In this document: piece by piece, positions 21,126-31,023 of the stretch
Layout: each line of letters begins with the position of its first letter
Numbering within the stretch: the first letter of the stretch is position 1
Assembly (NCBI GenBank): GCA_023229525.1
Contig: JALNZC010000009.1
Coordinates: 1,282-65,281, forward strand
DNA from: Bacteroidales bacterium
Lineage (GTDB): Bacteria; Bacteroidota; Bacteroidia; Bacteroidales; FEN-979
DNA: 64,000 nucleotides
Direction: 5' to 3'
Position numbers and translations under genes: made by a program
The notes under the pieces: model-generated
What the model was told of the DNA's origin: nothing
Databases searched by the model: none
The model's input: the letters and a program-made list of their open reading frames with translations, nothing else

Positions 21126-21772
21126 AGTAATCCGATTAACATTTTCAAGGATGGAATGACGGGGACTCCGGATTGCAGCAACCGTTCTTTGCTTTGATGT
21201 CCATTGGAGATGAGAATACAATCGATACTCAATTCCCTGGCAACTTCTGCATCGTGAAGTGTATCGCCAATAAACAATAATTTTTCAGTCGGTAATCCCA
21301 GGTCAATAACTAACTTCCTCCCTACGTCAATCTTTCCGTGGGCATAGTGATCATTCAGGCCATAAATCCGGTCAAAAAAAACGGAAACCCCCAACGATCT
21401 GGTTTCCGTAAGAAGTTCATTTTGTTCCCGGGCAGATAAAATAGACTGTGATAGTCCGTGAGTAGTCATATGGGTCAACGTTTCCAGTGCTTCAGGTTGC
21501 AAATGGGCTTCATCTTGCCGCCGGTTGTACCGTACGATGAATTCCATACCGATTTCATCAAAGGGCTCGCGGTAAAAATTAAAGCCAAGTTTCTTATAAT
21601 AATCCCTTACCGGGAAATCAAAGAGTTCGCGGTATTCTTCTAAAGTTCTCAAAGGGAGGTTCCGCTCCTGTAACATGCCATTCATCACATCCACACAGAG
21701 CCAGGCATCATCGAGCAACGTCCCGTTCCAGTCCCATATTATATGTGCATACTTCGAAAGATCAATCATCAT
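21122..21772 (-). CDS. HAD-family phosphatase (phosphoglycolate-phosphatase-like)
   Basis: IIWDWNGTLLDD, ILSA, FIGDTLHD. Confidence 0.9.
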   Translation of the reverse strand: MMIDLSKYAHIIWDWNGTLLDDAWLCVDVMNGMLQERNLPLRTLEEYRELFDFPVRDYYKKLGFNFYREPFDEIGMEFIVRYNRRQDEAHLQPEALETLTHMTTHGLSQSILSAREQNELLTETRSLGVSVFFDRIYGLNDHYAHGKIDVGRKLVIDLGLPTEKLLFIGDTLHDAEVARELSIDCILISNGHQSKERLLQSGVPVIPSLKMLIGLL

Positions 21773-21822
21773 TAATCGTAGATTTGTACTGTTCAAAAAT
21801 AGGGAAAAAATCATCGTTACCC

Positions 21823-22764
21823 ATGAATTTTAACGCCCTTTACGCTTCTTTGAAGGACTTGGAAGATTGCACTTTTTGTCCGAGAAACTGTCACGCAAAC
21901 CGTCTGGAAGGTAAAACAGGGTATTGCAAAAGCGACTCTTCCTTTAATATTTCGTCTATTTGTATTCACCGGGGCGAAGAACCACCCATCAGCGGTAAAA
22001 CCGGAATTTGTAACGTTTTTTTTACCCATTGCAACCTGCAATGTATCTATTGTCAGAATCATCAGATCAGCGATAATCGAGTCAGTGGGACTTTTTTTCA
22101 GATGGAATTGGAAGAAGTGGTACGGCAGATCATCGCTATTCTTGATAAAGGGATCAACCGTGTAGGATTTGTTTCACCGTCCCATTTTATTCCGCAGATG
22201 CGGGTGATCATTGCCGCGGTTCAATCACTGGGGTACAGACCGAAATGGATTTATAACACCAATGGTTACGACAAAGCCGAAACCATCCGCTCGCTCGAAG
22301 GGATGATCGATGTTTACCTTCCTGATTTAAAATATTTGGACCCGGAATTATCAAAAGGATTTTCAGATGCTTCCGATTATCCTCTGGTTGCGGTTAAAGC
22401 GCTTAAGGAGATGTTCCGGCAAAAAGGATCTGCGTTGATTCTCGATGATGATGATCAGGTCGAATCGGGAATGATTATCCGCCACCTTGTATTGCCCGGA
22501 AACCTTGAAAACAGTAAAAAGGTTCTCCGGTTTATCGCTTTGGAATTGTCAGCCGATATCCATTTATCGCTCATGTCTCAATACTTTCCGACCCAAAAAA
22601 TGGTTGCTCATCCGCAGTTGGGAAGAGGTATTACAGAATCGGAATATAATGAGGTCGTCGAGGAGATGGAACGACTTGGAATGTATAAGGGCTGGATCCA
22701 GGAATTTGAAAGCAGCAGCCATTACCAGCCTGATTTTGAAAGAATACATCCCTTTGAAAAGTAA
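21823..22764 (+). CDS. Radical SAM protein, PflX-like
   Basis: CTFCPRNC, HRGEEPPISG, CNLQCIYCQN, DVYLPDLKY, IRHLVLPG. Confidence 0.9.
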   Translation: MNFNALYASLKDLEDCTFCPRNCHANRLEGKTGYCKSDSSFNISSICIHRGEEPPISGKTGICNVFFTHCNLQCIYCQNHQISDNRVSGTFFQMELEEVVRQIIAILDKGINRVGFVSPSHFIPQMRVIIAAVQSLGYRPKWIYNTNGYDKAETIRSLEGMIDVYLPDLKYLDPELSKGFSDASDYPLVAVKALKEMFRQKGSALILDDDDQVESGMIIRHLVLPGNLENSKKVLRFIALELSADIHLSLMSQYFPTQKMVAHPQLGRGITESEYNEVVEEMERLGMYKGWIQEFESSSHYQPDFERIHPFEK

Positions 22765-22920
22765 CCGGAATACCAAATTCATTCGTATACCGCTGGAGAA
22801 ACGCTGTTTATCGGCCTATCCTTACTGGTTAAATAATTTTTTTGGTTCCAAATGATTATCTAAGTAATTTTGACCTTTTTAGAGCCACCTATCAAATCGA
22901 TTAGCCAAAATCCTGATTTT

Positions 22921-24123
22921 ATGCGAACCTATTTTGCAGTGATCATTGCCACTTTTTTTCTGGGTGGAAATTCTCTTTTTGGACAAACCACCGAAAAGAA
23001 ATCCGATTCGGGATATATTTTCACTACAGTGAAAAAGCTTCCGGCAACCTCCGTAAAAAATCAATTTCGTTCCAGTACATGCTGGAGCTATTCCACCATT
23101 TCCTTTCTTGAATCCGAACTTCTGCGGATGGGTAAAGACACATTCGATCTTTCCGATATGTTCCCGGTTCACAAAGCTTATCCCGAAAAAGCAGCAATGT
23201 TTGTGCGATTCAACGGAAAACATAATTTCGGTCCAGGTGGTGCCGCCCACGATGTGATCAACATGATCCGTAAATATGGCATCACCCCCGAATCGGTCTA
23301 TTCCGGACAGGTAATTGACGAAGTCAACCCGGTTCACGGTGAGATGGATGCGGTGTTAGAAGCCGATGTGGACGCCGTGATAAAAAACCCCAATAAAAAA
23401 CTTACCCCGGTCTGGTTAGAGGGTTTCAACGGACTTTTAAATGCCTACCTGGGAGCCATTCCCGAAAAATTTACATACAAGGGCATGGAATATACCCCAC
23501 AAACGTTTGCTGATGCCCTCGGTCTGAAATTAGATGATTATGTTGAAATTACTTCGTATACCCACCATCCCTTCTATTCGAAATTCATCATCGAGATTCC
23601 TGATAACTGGATCCTCGATGAAGTCTATAATGTAACCATGGATGACATGATTCACATCATCGATTATTCAATCATGAATGGCTATACTGTTGCATGGGGA
23701 GCCGATGTAAGTGAAAAGGGATTCTCATGGAAAAACGGAGTAGCCATCGTACCCGATAAAAATGCAACCGAAATTGCCGGTACCGATAAGGATCGTTGGT
23801 CTAAAATGAGCGATACTGAAAAAGATAAATTGCTGTATAAATTTGATAAGATCGTTCCTGAAAAGGAGATCACCCAGGAAATGCGACAAAAAGAATTCGA
23901 TAATTATCAAACTACCGACGATCACGGATTACATATTACTGGTATAGCTAATGATCAACATGGCGATAAATATTATATTGTGAAAAACTCCTGGGGTACC
24001 GAAGGGAATCCTTACAATGGATATATCTATGTTTCAGAAGCTTATGTGAAGTTGAAAACCATGGACCTCATGGTGAACAAAAATGCCATACCTGAGGAAA
24101 TCCGGAAAAAACTGGGACTGTAA
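22921..24123 (+). CDS. Cysteine aminopeptidase, family C1B (PepC/bleomycin hydrolase-like)
   Basis: Q..SSTCWSYS, TTDDHGLHI, VKNSWG; signal peptide; TAATTTTG promoter element at 22865. Confidence 0.92.
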   Translation: MRTYFAVIIATFFLGGNSLFGQTTEKKSDSGYIFTTVKKLPATSVKNQFRSSTCWSYSTISFLESELLRMGKDTFDLSDMFPVHKAYPEKAAMFVRFNGKHNFGPGGAAHDVINMIRKYGITPESVYSGQVIDEVNPVHGEMDAVLEADVDAVIKNPNKKLTPVWLEGFNGLLNAYLGAIPEKFTYKGMEYTPQTFADALGLKLDDYVEITSYTHHPFYSKFIIEIPDNWILDEVYNVTMDDMIHIIDYSIMNGYTVAWGADVSEKGFSWKNGVAIVPDKNATEIAGTDKDRWSKMSDTEKDKLLYKFDKIVPEKEITQEMRQKEFDNYQTTDDHGLHITGIANDQHGDKYYIVKNSWGTEGNPYNGYIYVSEAYVKLKTMDLMVNKNAIPEEIRKKLGL

Positions 24124-24140
24124 CATTTATTTTATTACAA

Positions 24141-24809
24141 TCACCATTTGCGATTCCCACCTTTTTTAGCACTGTCGAGAAGTATTAAATATTCAGCTCT
24201 TGGAACATGTATTGCCCCAAACCGTTTTAAATGTTCCGTTTCAACCTGACAGTCTATGAATTTGAACCCTGACTCCTTGCAGTGTTCAACCAGGTGATGC
24301 AAGGCTATTTTTGAGGCATTGTTTTCTGTAAAAAACATACTTTCGCCGAAAAAGGCTGTACCTAAAGTTACGCCATATAACCCCCCAACCAGTTTGTCAT
24401 CCTTAAAGGTTTCCACCGAATGTGCATATCCCAGGTCATAAAGCCTTTGATACGCTTCAATAAAAGCAGATGAAATCCAGGTTCCATCCTGACCGGGCCG
24501 TAATGCTTTGGAACAGGCTTCAATAACCTGATCAAAAACCGTATCAATCCTGACCTCAAACAGATGACTCCGGATGATCCTGTCCAGGGATTCAGAAACC
24601 TTAAATTTATCAGGAAACAAAACCATTCTGGGATCGGGAGAATACCAGAAAATGTCTTCATCCTCCATGAACCAGGGAAATATTCCTTGTGAATATGCCG
24701 TCATTAACCGTTTGACCGACAAATCACCGCCAATGGCAATCAAACCATCCGGTTCCGCCTCCTCAACCGGCGGAAAAACAGGCTCATCAGGTAAAATATA
24801 AATGGCCAC
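24141..24809 (-). CDS. aat: Leucyl/phenylalanyl-tRNA--protein transferase
   Basis: GLIAIGGDLS..RL..AY..GIFPW, WYSPDPR, FFGESMF, IDCQ. Confidence 0.95.
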   Translation of the reverse strand: MAIYILPDEPVFPPVEEAEPDGLIAIGGDLSVKRLMTAYSQGIFPWFMEDEDIFWYSPDPRMVLFPDKFKVSESLDRIIRSHLFEVRIDTVFDQVIEACSKALRPGQDGTWISSAFIEAYQRLYDLGYAHSVETFKDDKLVGGLYGVTLGTAFFGESMFFTENNASKIALHHLVEHCKESGFKFIDCQVETEHLKRFGAIHVPRAEYLILLDSAKKGGNRKW

Positions 24810-24815
24810 TTGAGA

Positions 24816-24880
24816 ATTTACGATTTACGATTTCATCCAGCATCCAGTATCCCGTATCCAGAATCGGTCGCGCAGCGACC
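24816..24880. repeat. Short tandem repeats (ATTTACG)x2.5 and (CATCCAG-like)x4 plus a GGTCGC-gca-GCGACC hairpin
   Basis: Read directly between aat and the aminotransferase gene. Confidence 0.8.
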
Positions 24881-24891
24881 CTTTTCCATGA

Positions 24892-26079
24892 TCATATCAG
24901 AGAGTCCAAAGCCCTGACTATTTTTTGGCAAGCCAGATCGATTTCCTCGAAATTGATCGTTAGAGGAGGAGCAATACGGAATGTTGCTGGCTTGAACATG
25001 TACCAATCGATGATGATACCTTGTTCTAATGCTGCCTTGGTAAAAGCATTTCTTTTTTCGGGTTTTACCAGGTCGACACCCAATGCCAGACCAACCCTCC
25101 TGACTTCTGAAATGGAAGGATGTCCAACCAGTTTTTCTTGTATCTGAAGTCCCTTTTCCTCAGCAGTACCAATTAGCTGATCCGATAACAAAACTTCCAA
25201 TCCCGCCAGGGCAGCGGCACAACTCACAGGGTGACCACCAAAAGTCGTGATATGACCCAATTCCGGATTAAAAGCCAGGGTATCCATCATCTTCCGGGGG
25301 GCAATAAACGCACCGAGGGGCATTCCTGCCCCCAATGCTTTGGCAATAACAAGAATATCAGGCACAAAATCGTAGTGTTCAAAACTGAATAATTTCCCGG
25401 TTCTTCCCATCCCCATCTGTACATCATCTACAATAATCAGAACACCATATTTAGTACAACGCTTTTTCAACTGATGGATGAAATATTCCTCCACAGGAAT
25501 AATTCCGGCTTCTGCCTGGACCATTTCGATGACAACACAGGCAGTACGGGTAGATATCTTTTCAAGATGACAATAATTGTTATACTCCGCCAACCGGATG
25601 TCAGGAAGAAGAGGTCGAAAAACGTTTTTCAAGATTTCATTTCCCGTAATACTCAGGCTTCCGTGTGTACTCCCATGATACGAATCCAGGAAAGAAATGA
25701 TTTCTGTGCGTCCTGTATACCGTTTGGCAAGTTTCAACGCTCCTTCAATGGCTTCACTGCCAGAATTAACAAAGTAGGTTGAATCCAGGGAATCGGGAAG
25801 CAATTCAGCGAGCCGCTTAGCCAAATGAACCTGGGGAGACTGAATAAACTCTCCATAAACGTTCACATGAAGGTATTGATCGATCTGCTTCCGGATGGCA
25901 TCCAAAACCTTAGGATGCCGGTGTCCGATATTACTGACCGTAATCCCGGAAACCATATCGATATATTTTTTGCCATCCCTGTCAAATAAATAGATACCTT
26001 CGGCTTTCACAATATCAAGTGCCAGAGGGGTGAATGAAGGCAGCCCTAAATACCTGTAAAACAAATCGCGTTCTGTCAT
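24892..26079 (-). CDS. Class-III PLP aminotransferase (ArgD-like)
   Basis: NSGSEAIEGALKLA, DDVQMGMGRTG, AKALGAGMP, TTFGGHP; promoter element TATCTTTG at 26103-26110 (-). Confidence 0.9.
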   Translation of the reverse strand: MTERDLFYRYLGLPSFTPLALDIVKAEGIYLFDRDGKKYIDMVSGITVSNIGHRHPKVLDAIRKQIDQYLHVNVYGEFIQSPQVHLAKRLAELLPDSLDSTYFVNSGSEAIEGALKLAKRYTGRTEIISFLDSYHGSTHGSLSITGNEILKNVFRPLLPDIRLAEYNNYCHLEKISTRTACVVIEMVQAEAGIIPVEEYFIHQLKKRCTKYGVLIIVDDVQMGMGRTGKLFSFEHYDFVPDILVIAKALGAGMPLGAFIAPRKMMDTLAFNPELGHITTFGGHPVSCAAALAGLEVLLSDQLIGTAEEKGLQIQEKLVGHPSISEVRRVGLALGVDLVKPEKRNAFTKAALEQGIIIDWYMFKPATFRIAPPLTINFEEIDLACQKIVRALDSLI

Positions 26080-26184
26080 CGTAAAACCAATTTTAGGATC
26101 GCCAAAGATATAAAATCAAGCGGAATAACTACTTTTGTGAATATGATTACTGTGAAGAAATAGTCGATATGTATCACCGAATAA

Positions 26185-26248
26185 CAGTCACACAATCACT
26201 CAGTCACACAATCACTCAGTCACTCAATCACTCAATCACTCAATCACT
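26185..26248. repeat. Octamer tandem repeat (CARTCACW)x8
   Basis: cagtcaca/caatcact/cagtcact units, ending 12 nt before ATG 26261. Confidence 0.95.
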
Positions 26249-26260
26249 AAGACCTCATCC

Positions 26261-27055
26261 ATGAAAAACAAAGTTGTAATCATCACAGGAGCCTCTTCGG
26301 GCATAGGTAAGGCGCTGGCAATTGAGTGTGCCCGTCGCGGTGCAAAATTGGTTCTGGCGTCCCGTTCCGGGAGATGTGATCCGGAACTGATTAAAAGTTC
26401 TCCTGATATCTTGAATATTATTACCGATGTCACCAGCGAATCCGGTTGTCGGGATCTGATAGAGAAAACCATCGAAAAATATGGTCGTATTGACGTGCTG
26501 ATCAATAACGCAGGCATTTCCATGCGGGCTTTGTTCAACGATCTGGATTTGGATGTGATCAGGAAATTGATGGATACCAATTTTTGGGGAACAGTCTATT
26601 GCAGCAAATTTGCCCTTCCATACCTGCTCGAATCAAAAGGGTCTCTGGTCGGGGTTTCTTCCGTTGCCGGATATAAGGGTTTACCTGGCAGGACAGGTTA
26701 TTCCGCATCAAAATTTGCCATACAGGGATTTCTGGAAGTAGTCCGTATCGAGAATTTAAAGAAAGGTCTGCATGTTTTAATTGCTTGCCCGGGATTTACC
26801 GCTTCAAACATTCGTAATGTAGCGCTCTCCGGTGATGGCACCCCACAAGGTGAAACCCCGCTGGATGAAAGTAAACTCATGCCTGCCGATGCCGTGGCCC
26901 GGCACATCATTACCGCTATCGAAAACCGAAAAGACCGGATCGTCCTCACCATGCAAGGTAAAATGACCGTCCTTTTAAACAAATTCTTCCCGAAATTAAT
27001 GGATAAAATGGTTTATAACCACATGGCCAAAGAACCAAATTCACCTATTAAATAG
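26261..27055 (+). CDS. Short-chain dehydrogenase/reductase
   Basis: TGASSGIG, NNAG, YSASK. Confidence 0.93.
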   Translation: MKNKVVIITGASSGIGKALAIECARRGAKLVLASRSGRCDPELIKSSPDILNIITDVTSESGCRDLIEKTIEKYGRIDVLINNAGISMRALFNDLDLDVIRKLMDTNFWGTVYCSKFALPYLLESKGSLVGVSSVAGYKGLPGRTGYSASKFAIQGFLEVVRIENLKKGLHVLIACPGFTASNIRNVALSGDGTPQGETPLDESKLMPADAVARHIITAIENRKDRIVLTMQGKMTVLLNKFFPKLMDKMVYNHMAKEPNSPIK

Positions 27056-27173
27056 ATGGCAAGATGGCGAGCTGGTGAACTTATGAGTATATGGAAAAAA
27101 ATCAATTAATCAACATCTAATTATTTCACCATCTCACCATCTCACCATCTCACCAGTTCACAACCTCACCACC
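27054..27173. repeat. Inverted pair of octamer tandem repeats (AGATGGCA-like x3 / TCACCATC x6) between convergent genes
   Basis: 27054-27079 is roughly the reverse complement of 27126-27149. Confidence 0.8.
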
Positions 27174-27176
27174 TCT

Positions 27177-28103
27177 CTACCTGTTTCTCGGATGAAACTG
27201 AATGATCGCGCTTCGCAGATAATCACGGTCCAGATGGGTATAAATTTCAGTGGTGGTTATTGACTCATGGCCCAGCATCTCCTGCACTGCCCGCAAATCA
27301 GCGCCTCCCTCAACAAGATGTGTGGCGAAGGAATGCCGGAATGTATGTGGGCTAATCGTTTTTTTAATCCCGGCTTTCAAAGCAAGTCTCTTTACGATTG
27401 TAAAGATCATGACACGTGTTAACCCTGAACCGCGGCGGTTAAGGAATAGGAAATCTTCCTGTCCTTTTTTTATGGGAAGTTGGGTGCGAACCTGTGAAAG
27501 GTAATGGATAATGTCCGATTGGGCTGTACTTCCCACCGGAACCAATCGCTCTTTATTTCCTTTCCCTGTCACTTTGATAAAACCTTCATTAAAGAAAAGG
27601 TTGGAAATTTTTAGATTGGTCAGTTCGGATACACGTAAACCACATCCGTACAATGTTTCCAGGATGGTTTTGTTCCGTTCTCCTTCTGCACTGCTCAGGT
27701 CAATTTTTCCAATTAACTGGTCTATCTCACTTACACTTAGTGTAACAGGAAGTTTCCGGCCAATTTTTGGAGACTCAAGCATTCTTGTGGGATCCATCGG
27801 AACGATATTTTCCAGCATCAGGTAACGATAAAATGCTTTTATTCCCGAAATGACCCTCGCTTGGGTTCGGGCTGTCATCCCAAGTTCAGTGATCCATTGT
27901 AAAAAATGCTGAAGATGCCGGAGTTCCACCTTCTCCGGACCCAAAGTTAATCCCTGAAATTCCAGAAACTGGGTTATCTTTGCAACATCATGCAAATAAG
28001 CTTCTACCGAATTCCTTGATAAAGAAAGTTCAAGTTGGAGATGGGCTTTGAATCCGTTTAGATAGGGTTGCCAGGGATGCAAATTCTGATCATTAGAAAA
28101 CAC
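27177..28103 (-). CDS. xerD: Site-specific tyrosine recombinase XerD
   Basis: YGCGLRVSEL, GKGNKERLVP, HTFRHSFATHL, LGHESITTTEIYTH. Confidence 0.92.
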   Translation of the reverse strand: MFSNDQNLHPWQPYLNGFKAHLQLELSLSRNSVEAYLHDVAKITQFLEFQGLTLGPEKVELRHLQHFLQWITELGMTARTQARVISGIKAFYRYLMLENIVPMDPTRMLESPKIGRKLPVTLSVSEIDQLIGKIDLSSAEGERNKTILETLYGCGLRVSELTNLKISNLFFNEGFIKVTGKGNKERLVPVGSTAQSDIIHYLSQVRTQLPIKKGQEDFLFLNRRGSGLTRVMIFTIVKRLALKAGIKKTISPHTFRHSFATHLVEGGADLRAVQEMLGHESITTTEIYTHLDRDYLRSAIIQFHPRNR

Positions 28104-28262
28104 AAATTCATTGTCTTGGAAAACACGGCATTTTTCTAAAAATAATTCCTTTTATTCTGTTGAATGCAGTCATACCATGGAGGTCAGAAGTCAATATTTA
28201 AAAACTTGTTCCTTCACGGTATAAAAGTATGAAATAATTTTTGTTTTTTCGGTGAATTGGAT

Positions 28263-28270
28263 TAATTTTG
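28263..28270 (+). promoter_or_regulatory. -7 promoter element TAATTTTG upstream of rpmG
   Basis: Consensus TAnnTTTG about 30 nt before ATG 28300. Confidence 0.65.
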
Positions 28271-28299
28271 CAGTCCCGAAAAAATAAAGAAGTCACAAG

Positions 28300-28488
28300 A
28301 TGGCAAAAAAGAGCAAAGATCAACGGATACAGGTGATCCTGGAATGCACAGAACAAAAAGCAAGCGGCCTTCCTGGCGTTTCGAGATATATTACGACGAA
28401 AAGCAAAAAGAACACCCCCGAAAGGATTGAACTGAAAAAGTATAACTCCATTTTAAAGAAAGTCACTGTTCACAAGGAAATTAAATAA
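28300..28488 (+). CDS. rpmG: 50S ribosomal protein L33
   Basis: [36 protein letters not shown]. Confidence 0.97.
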   Translation: MAKKSKDQRIQVILECTEQKASGLPGVSRYITTKSKKNTPERIELKKYNSILKKVTVHKEIK

Positions 28489-28496
28489 CTCACGAT

Positions 28497-28658
28497 ATGG
28501 CAAAAAAAGTAGTCGCTTCGTTTAAAGCTTCCGGAGGTAAAGATTTTACCAAAGTTATTCGCATGGTAAAATCACCAAAAACCGGCGCTTTTATTTTTAA
28601 AGAAAATATCGTTCCCAACGATTTGGTCAAAGACTTTCTTGCAAATAAAGAGAATTAA
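28497..28658 (+). CDS. DUF4295 protein (Bacteroidota ribosomal protein bL38)
   Basis: 53 aa MAKKVVASFKASGGKDFTKVIRMVKSPKTGAFIFKENIVPNDLVKDFLANKEN between rpmG and ftsY; missed by the ORF track. Confidence 0.9.
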   Translation: MAKKVVASFKASGGKDFTKVIRMVKSPKTGAFIFKENIVPNDLVKDFLANKEN

Positions 28659-28678
28659 CAAACTATCCATTCGTATCG

Positions 28679-28711
28679 AAAAGCTTTTTTCTACGGAAAA
28701 AAGCTTTTTTT
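28679..28711 (+). terminator. Hairpin/terminator after bL38
   Basis: AAAAGCTTTTTT-ctacgg-AAAAAAGCTTTT followed by a T run. Confidence 0.55.
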
Positions 28712-28730
28712 ATATATAGAAAGTTGAATT

Positions 28731-29681
28731 ATGGGACTTTTTAATATCTTTTCACGGGAAAAAAAAGAACGTCTCAACCAGGGATTACAAAAAACGAAAT
28801 CCACAATTTTTACACGGATTTCCAAAGCCATTGTTGGTAAATCCACGGTTGACGATGAAGTTCTTGATAACCTTGAAGAAATTCTGGTCACCTCGGATGT
28901 TGGAGTGGAAACAACCCTTCGGATTATTGACCGGATACAGCAACGGGTTTCAAGGGATAAATATTTGGGGACAAGTGAATTGAATGCCCTTCTGAAAGAA
29001 GAGATCGCTGATCTGCTCCAGGAAAATAATATCCGGGATTTAACGGATTTTTATATTCCTGAAAATAAAAAGCCTTATGTGATCATGGTGGTTGGGGTGA
29101 ATGGTGTAGGAAAAACCACGACTATCGGAAAATTGGCCTATCAGTTCAGAAAATCAGGAAAATCCGTTTTATTGGGGGCAGCCGATACTTTTCGCGCAGC
29201 TGCAGTAGATCAACTGACGATCTGGGCCGAAAGGGTAGGGGTTCCACTTATTACTCAGGGAATGGGGGCAGATCCTGCATCAGTTGCATACGATACTGTG
29301 AAATCGGCCCAAACCAGAAATGTTGACGTAGTGATCATTGATACGGCTGGCCGTCTTCACAACAAAATCAACCTCATGAATGAACTTTCCAAAATCCGGA
29401 AAGTTATCCAGAAACTGATCCCCGACGCCCCCCATGAAGTTCTCCTGATTCTCGATGCATCAACCGGTCAAAATGCCTTTGAACAGGCCAAGCAATTTAC
29501 TGTCGCTACTGAAGTCAACGCCCTCGCTCTGACTAAACTCGACGGTACAGCCAAAGGAGGTGTGGTAATCGGGATTTCCGACCAGTTTAAAATTCCTGTA
29601 AAATATATCGGAGTTGGGGAAGGGATCGAAGATCTTCAGGTATTCAATCGCTTTGAATTCGTCGATAGCCTTTTTAGCTGA
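28731..29681 (+). CDS. ftsY: Signal recognition particle receptor FtsY
   Basis: GVNGVGKTTTIGKLA, DTFRAAA, DTAGRLH, TKLDGTAKGG. Confidence 0.98.
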   Translation: MGLFNIFSREKKERLNQGLQKTKSTIFTRISKAIVGKSTVDDEVLDNLEEILVTSDVGVETTLRIIDRIQQRVSRDKYLGTSELNALLKEEIADLLQENNIRDLTDFYIPENKKPYVIMVVGVNGVGKTTTIGKLAYQFRKSGKSVLLGAADTFRAAAVDQLTIWAERVGVPLITQGMGADPASVAYDTVKSAQTRNVDVVIIDTAGRLHNKINLMNELSKIRKVIQKLIPDAPHEVLLILDASTGQNAFEQAKQFTVATEVNALALTKLDGTAKGGVVIGISDQFKIPVKYIGVGEGIEDLQVFNRFEFVDSLFS

Positions 29682-29691
29682 TTTTCAATAG

Positions 29692-31002
29692 GTGAAAACA
29701 AAATCCAGACCGCACAAAATCGGGTTGGTATCACTGGGTTGTGCGAAGAACTTAGTCGATACTGAAAGATTATTACGACAGCTGGAAGCCAACCGCTTTG
29801 AAATAATCTTTGATCCGGTTGATGGAAGTAAAATCGATACCGCTATTATAAATACCTGTGGTTTCATCAACGACGCGAAACAGGAATCAATCGACACCAT
29901 ACTGCAATTTGCAAGGGCCAAACAAAATAACCAGATCCGGTATCTCTTCGTAATGGGATGCATGTCCGAACGTTATAAAAACAAATTACAGGAAGAGATT
30001 CCCGAAGTCGATGCATTTTTCGGGGTCAACGAACTGCAAAATATTGTCCGTTATCTCGGTGGCAATTGGTACAAGGAATTGGTTGGTGAAAGAAAACTGA
30101 CAACTCCATCCCATTGTTCCTATATTAAAATTGCGGAAGGATGTGACCGGAAATGCGCTTTTTGCGCTATCCCGATTATCCGTGGAAAACATATCAGTCG
30201 TCCTTTTGACGAAGTGATCACGGAAGCGAAAAATCTGGTGACTTCAGGCGTAAAAGAGATCAATGTCATCTCGCAGGATACCACGTACTACGGAGTTGAC
30301 TCATATAAAAGACGCAGACTGCCCGAATTACTTTCAGCACTGGCACAAATCAGAGGATTGGAATGGATCCGCCTCCATTATACTTACCCTGATGGGTTTC
30401 CGCTTGAAGTACTTGAAGTGATCAAAAAATATCCGAATATTTGTAATTACCTCGACATCCCTTTACAACATATCAGCGATCATATTCTGAGATCAATGCA
30501 TCGTGGAATTACCGGTGCTCAAACCCGCCGGTTGATCAAAACTATCCGGAAAACGATTCCCGGAGTGGCAATCCGTACTACCCTGATCGTTGGTTTTCCC
30601 GGTGAAACAAACAAGGATTTCTGTGATTTAAAGGAATTTGTCAAAGAATCCCGGTTCGATCGCATGGGTGTTTTCACCTATTCCCATGAAGAGGATACTG
30701 CCGCCTTTGAACTGAAAGATTCTGTCCCAGCAAGGATTAAACATCAACGATATGAAGAGCTCATGGTCATCCAGGAAGAAATCTCCCGGGAGCTGAATGC
30801 TGCAAAATTAGGTCAGATCGTAAAAGTAATCGTTGATAGGGAAGAAGATGAATTTTACATTGCACGTACAGGTTTCGACTCCCCGGAAGTTGATAATGAA
30901 GTTCTGATCCCACGGGGAATACCCGCACTTGAAACTGGATCATTTTATGATGTCAGGATAACAAAAACCGACAGTTTTGATTTATTTGCTGAATTGAAAT
31001 AA
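29692..31002 (+). CDS. rimO: Ribosomal protein S12 methylthiotransferase
   Basis: SLGCAKNLVD, INTCGFI, CDRKCAFC, C-terminal TRAM (DSPEVDNEV). Confidence 0.95.
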   Translation: MKTKSRPHKIGLVSLGCAKNLVDTERLLRQLEANRFEIIFDPVDGSKIDTAIINTCGFINDAKQESIDTILQFARAKQNNQIRYLFVMGCMSERYKNKLQEEIPEVDAFFGVNELQNIVRYLGGNWYKELVGERKLTTPSHCSYIKIAEGCDRKCAFCAIPIIRGKHISRPFDEVITEAKNLVTSGVKEINVISQDTTYYGVDSYKRRRLPELLSALAQIRGLEWIRLHYTYPDGFPLEVLEVIKKYPNICNYLDIPLQHISDHILRSMHRGITGAQTRRLIKTIRKTIPGVAIRTTLIVGFPGETNKDFCDLKEFVKESRFDRMGVFTYSHEEDTAAFELKDSVPARIKHQRYEELMVIQEEISRELNAAKLGQIVKVIVDREEDEFYIARTGFDSPEVDNEVLIPRGIPALETGSFYDVRITKTDSFDLFAELK

Positions 31003-31023
31003 ATTTGTAATAAAAAAATAGCT

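Noticed and set aside
27177..28103. Tyrosine recombinase as a prophage or integron integrase
   Set aside because: Typical XerD length and motifs in a housekeeping context; no att sites, cassettes or phage genes.
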